A stretch of DNA of 64,000 nucleotides, taken from positions 537,476-601,475 of the forward strand of contig JAQUPL010000001.1 in assembly GCA_028716565.1 (NCBI GenBank), read 5' to 3'. The stretch comes from Candidatus Omnitrophota bacterium (GTDB taxonomy: Bacteria; Omnitrophota; Gorgyraeia; Pluralincolimonadales; Pluralincolimonadaceae). The notes beneath the pieces were generated by a model. That model had not been told where the DNA came from and ran no database searches. It was given only the letters and a program-made list of their open reading frames with translations. Position numbers and translations under genes: made by a program. How positions within the stretch are numbered: the stretch's first letter is position 1; the number at the start of each line of letters is the position of its first letter. Below, piece by piece: positions 60,758 through 64,000 of the stretch.

Positions 60758-61972
60758 TTATCTGTGGGGGTTAGTCAAGCGGTAAAAAACGAAGGTGGCG
60801 AAGAGGCAAAGCGCGCCGCCGAGCATCAGGGCGTCCGGAGCGCCCATTTTACTGGCGAGGGCCCCGGCAAGAAGGCTTCCGATGGGCGCCATGCCCATGA
60901 AAGCCATGACATAGAAGCTCATGACGCGGCCGCGCTTGTCATCGTCGACGTTGGTCTGGATAAGCGTATTGCTCGAGGCGGTCGTCGCGAGGAATCCGAA
61001 GCCGGTCACGACAAGTAAAATTATAGAAACCCATAAAACGCGCGAGAGGGCGAATAAAATCACGCCGGCCGCGAATATCGCGGCGGCAATAGGTATTCCC
61101 CTTTCAAGTGTCGGCGGTGTCTTGCGCGACGCGAGGTAAAGCGTCGCGATAAGCGCGCCGACGCCGATGGCGGCCATCAATACGCCGAGCGTAAGCGACC
61201 CGCCGTGGTGGATATCCGCGGCGAAGACCGGCATCAGCACGACATACGACATGCCGAGCATGCTTATTATGCTCAGCAGGAATAATATCATCCTGATCGA
61301 CTTCGAGCCGAACGCGTATTCAACGCCTTCTTTGAGTTCGCGCAGGACGTGCATCTCCTTCCCCTTCTCTTCTTTCGGCGTAAGTTTCATCATCAGCAGG
61401 CTCGCGATGACGGCAAGGAAAGTTATCCCGTTAATAAGGAAACATATCCCTTCCCCTGCCAGCGCGACGAGGATGCCCGCGGCCGTCGGGCCGATGAGCC
61501 GCGCGCCATTAAATATGGCAGAGTTAAGGGCAATGGCGTTGCCGAGCATCTCTTTCTTCTCGACCATATCTATGAGGAATGACTGGCGCGTCGGGATATC
61601 GACGGCGTTCACACAGCCCAGGAACAGGGCCAGGGCGATTATCTCCCAGACTTGTATCTTACCGGTGAGCGTCAGATAAGCGAGGATGAACGCCTGTATC
61701 ATCGAAAGCGCCTGCGTGGTTATGACGATGCGGTGGCGGTTATACCTGTCCGCGAAGACGCCGGCGAACGGGCTTAAAATAAATGTGGGGATCTGCGAGC
61801 AGAACGCCACGATACCGAGGAGCAAGGTAGAACCGGTCATCCGGTAAACAAGCCAGCTCATAGCGACAGACTGCATCCATGTGCCGATGAGCGAAATGCT
61901 CTGGCCCATGAAGAACAGGCGGAAATTCCTTAACTTCAGCGTGCGGAAAGTATTATTAAAAAAATTATTCAT
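60758..61972 (-). CDS. MFS transporter (EntS/DHA3-like)
   Basis: LRNFRLFFMGQSISLIGTWMQSVAMSWLVY N-terminal signature. 12 TM. Confidence 0.75.
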   Translation of the reverse strand: MNNFFNNTFRTLKLRNFRLFFMGQSISLIGTWMQSVAMSWLVYRMTGSTLLLGIVAFCSQIPTFILSPFAGVFADRYNRHRIVITTQALSMIQAFILAYLTLTGKIQVWEIIALALFLGCVNAVDIPTRQSFLIDMVEKKEMLGNAIALNSAIFNGARLIGPTAAGILVALAGEGICFLINGITFLAVIASLLMMKLTPKEEKGKEMHVLRELKEGVEYAFGSKSIRMILFLLSIISMLGMSYVVLMPVFAADIHHGGSLTLGVLMAAIGVGALIATLYLASRKTPPTLERGIPIAAAIFAAGVILFALSRVLWVSIILLVVTGFGFLATTASSNTLIQTNVDDDKRGRVMSFYVMAFMGMAPIGSLLAGALASKMGAPDALMLGGALCLFATFVFYRLTNPHR

Positions 61973-63932
61973 ATCTTAAAGCTTCGATGGGATTCAGCTG
62001 GGCGGCCTGGTGCGCGGGCCAGCTGCCGAACACGATGCCGACGAGCAAAGAGAAACCCGTCGCTAAAATTATCGAGAACGCGGAAAGTTTCACCGCCCAC
62101 CCGGCTATCATCGCTATTAAACTCGATATGCCCGCGCCGAGCGCGATGCCGCAGACGCCGCCGATAAACGCTATCAGCGCGGCCTCGATCAAAAACTGGA
62201 TCATGATGTCGGTATTGCGCGCGCCTATCGCCTTGCGCAAACCTATCTCGCGCGTGCGCTCGGTCACCGAGACGAGCATTATATTCATGATGCCGATGCC
62301 GCCGACGAGCAAAGATATCGCCGCGATCGAGCCCAATAATAACGCCATCGTCCTGGTCGTCGTCTCAAGCATCTGCTTGATCTCCGCCATGTTCCTTATC
62401 TGGAATGTGTCCTCGTTATCCTTGCTGAGGCGGTGCTGTTTTATGATGAGCCTGGTTATCGCGTCCTGCGTCTCCTCTATCAGGTCCGGCGATTTTACCT
62501 CGACAAATATCGCGTCGATATAATCCTTGCCGAAGACGCGGTACATCGCGGTCGTGACCGGGATGATCACGATGTCGTCCTGGTCGTGCCAGCCGCTGGC
62601 GCCTTTCGTCGGGAGGACGCCGACCACCTTGAAATTTATAAGGTTTATTTTTATCGTCTTTCCGACGGGATTCGAGTCGCCGAAAAGTTCGCGCGCGACC
62701 GTAAAGCCGATAACCGCGACCTTGTCCCGCAATTTCACTTCCTCTTCGGTGAAGAACCTGCCGACAACCGGGACCGAGTTTCGCATCTCGGCGTAACCCG
62801 GGCCGTCGCCTTCTACCGTCGTGCTCCAGTTCTTGTTCCCGTAGACGAGCTGGCCCCTTCCCTGGACGTTGGGATATATCCGGCTTATCTCCTCGCTCAT
62901 TTTTGATATAGCGGCCACGTCCTGAAAAGTGAACCTGGTCACCGTGCCTGAGCCCATAGAAACGCCGTGTACCCGCGCCGAGCCGGGCATGACGACCAGG
63001 AGGTTCGAGCCCAGGGACGACAATTGTTTGGATATAGTCTCCTGCGCGCCTTGTCCCAGCGCGAGCATCGCGATGACCGCCGCGACACCTATCAGTATTC
63101 CGAGCACAGACAAAAACGTGCGCATCTTGTGCGACCACATCGCGCTGGCCGCCTGGCGGATGTAATCGAGGAGCTCGGCCTGGCTCGAGAATTTCTGCTC
63201 TTTATCGAACGCCTCTTTTATTTTTTCCGCCTCCGGCGAGGGCGCGCATTTTTTCTTGTCTTCGCAATTGGGCTCGTCCGAGATTATCTCGCCGTCACGC
63301 ATTTTTATGATGCGTTTCGCGTGAACCGCGATCTCGTTCTCGTGCGTTACGATAATGAGAGTTTTGCCTTTTTCGTTCAATTGTTTCAATACCGCTAGTA
63401 TCTCTTCCTTGCTTTTTGAGTCGAGGTTTCCGGTCGGTTCGTCGGCCAGGATTATCAGCGGGTCATTTACCAGCGAACGCGCTATCGCGACGCGTTGCTG
63501 CTGGCCGCCTGAGAGTTCATTCGGCTCGTGCGTCATACGTTCGCCGAGGCCGACTTCCTCCAGCCTCTCGCGCGCGAGTTCTTTCAGGTGGCGCTTGCCC
63601 GCGTAGATAAGCGGCAGTTCGGCGTTCTCGAGCGCGGTCATCCTGGGCAAAAGGAAGAACTGCTGGAATACAAAACCTACAAGCCGGTTTCGCGTAGCGG
63701 CGAGTTCGTCGTCGGAGAGTTTCGTGACGTCTTTGCCGCTTAGTAGATATGAGCCGGAATCGGGCCTGTCCAAAAGGCCCAACAGGTGCATCAGCGTCGA
63801 CTTGCCCGAGCCCGACGCTCCCATGATGGCGACAAATTCCCCCGCCTCTATCTTCAGGGATACATTATTGAGCGCGTGCACCTCGGACGCGCCCATGGAA
63901 TACGACTTTTTTAAATTTTTTATTTCTATCAT
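61965..63932 (-). CDS. macB: MacB-type ABC transporter, fused ATP-binding and FtsX permease domains
   Basis: Walker [10 protein letters not shown], signature [15 protein letters not shown], Walker B ILADEPT. Then a 4-TM FtsX-like permease with a large periplasmic domain. Confidence 0.85.
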   Translation of the reverse strand: MIEIKNLKKSYSMGASEVHALNNVSLKIEAGEFVAIMGASGSGKSTLMHLLGLLDRPDSGSYLLSGKDVTKLSDDELAATRNRLVGFVFQQFFLLPRMTALENAELPLIYAGKRHLKELARERLEEVGLGERMTHEPNELSGGQQQRVAIARSLVNDPLIILADEPTGNLDSKSKEEILAVLKQLNEKGKTLIIVTHENEIAVHAKRIIKMRDGEIISDEPNCEDKKKCAPSPEAEKIKEAFDKEQKFSSQAELLDYIRQAASAMWSHKMRTFLSVLGILIGVAAVIAMLALGQGAQETISKQLSSLGSNLLVVMPGSARVHGVSMGSGTVTRFTFQDVAAISKMSEEISRIYPNVQGRGQLVYGNKNWSTTVEGDGPGYAEMRNSVPVVGRFFTEEEVKLRDKVAVIGFTVARELFGDSNPVGKTIKINLINFKVVGVLPTKGASGWHDQDDIVIIPVTTAMYRVFGKDYIDAIFVEVKSPDLIEETQDAITRLIIKQHRLSKDNEDTFQIRNMAEIKQMLETTTRTMALLLGSIAAISLLVGGIGIMNIMLVSVTERTREIGLRKAIGARNTDIMIQFLIEAALIAFIGGVCGIALGAGISSLIAMIAGWAVKLSAFSIILATGFSLLVGIVFGSWPAHQAAQLNPIEALRYE

Positions 63933-64000
63933 TTTTTGTTGGAACTCTTGTTCCTTGACGGCATGAACGGGTTTGTCGCGGTGTCGGCGGTGGGAAGGGC
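63929..64000 (-). CDS. 3' end of an upstream gene (C-terminal 23 aa only); a periplasmic adaptor (MacA-like) would be expected here but cannot be shown
   Basis: Open frame from the window edge ending in TGA that overlaps the macB ATG (ATGA). Confidence 0.2.
   Translation of the reverse strand, partial: ALPTADTATNPFMPSRNKSSNKK

Overview
The window is 64 kb from a high-GC Gram-negative bacterium, probably an uncultivated anaerobe, and is almost entirely coding. I could not assign a phylum from this window alone. About 90 % of genes lie on the minus strand. From left to right the content is as follows.

- **1–9.3 kb:** a minus-strand run of a PurF-like amidotransferase, a DUF1846/UPF0371 protein, UppP and a DUF4870 membrane protein. 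It continues into an O2/NO-detoxification operon: FixX-like ferredoxin, a rubrerythrin-like diiron protein, a flavodiiron protein, a rubredoxin gene that the ORF track misses, and an NAD(P)H:rubredoxin oxidoreductase. A secreted six-hairpin glycosidase-like protein follows.
- **9.3–12.2 kb:** ComF and two LptF/LptG permeases on the plus strand.
- **12.2–23.2 kb:** central metabolism and a regulatory PTS module: class II FBA, AhcY, MetK, a sugar nucleotidyltransferase, PGI/PMI, EI, HPr, a GH57 glucanotransferase, a membrane-anchored YvcK and PtsN-like EIIA.
- **23.25–23.53 kb:** three tRNAs (Gly-GCC, Leu-TAG, Lys-CTT).
- **23.6–30.2 kb:** an exosortase system: exosortase, an EpsI-like protein and four tandem PEP-CTERM proteins, plus hypothetical membrane and secreted proteins. 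The block is marked by a family of palindromic 'GGTGACAG...CTGTCACC' repeats.
- **30.5–59.6 kb:** two tandem Wzx/Wzy-dependent polysaccharide loci. The first is strikingly AT-rich. Each carries its own flippase, polymerase, Wzc-like protein and priming phosphotransferase. Between them sit a zeta-toxin-like ATPase, a missed 50-aa ORF and a four-helix-bundle protein.
- **59.6–64 kb:** an outer-membrane beta-barrel protein, an MFS transporter and a MacB-type ABC transporter.

No rRNA, CRISPR array or recognisable transposase/integrase is present. All functional calls rest on motif recognition by eye and have not been database-verified.
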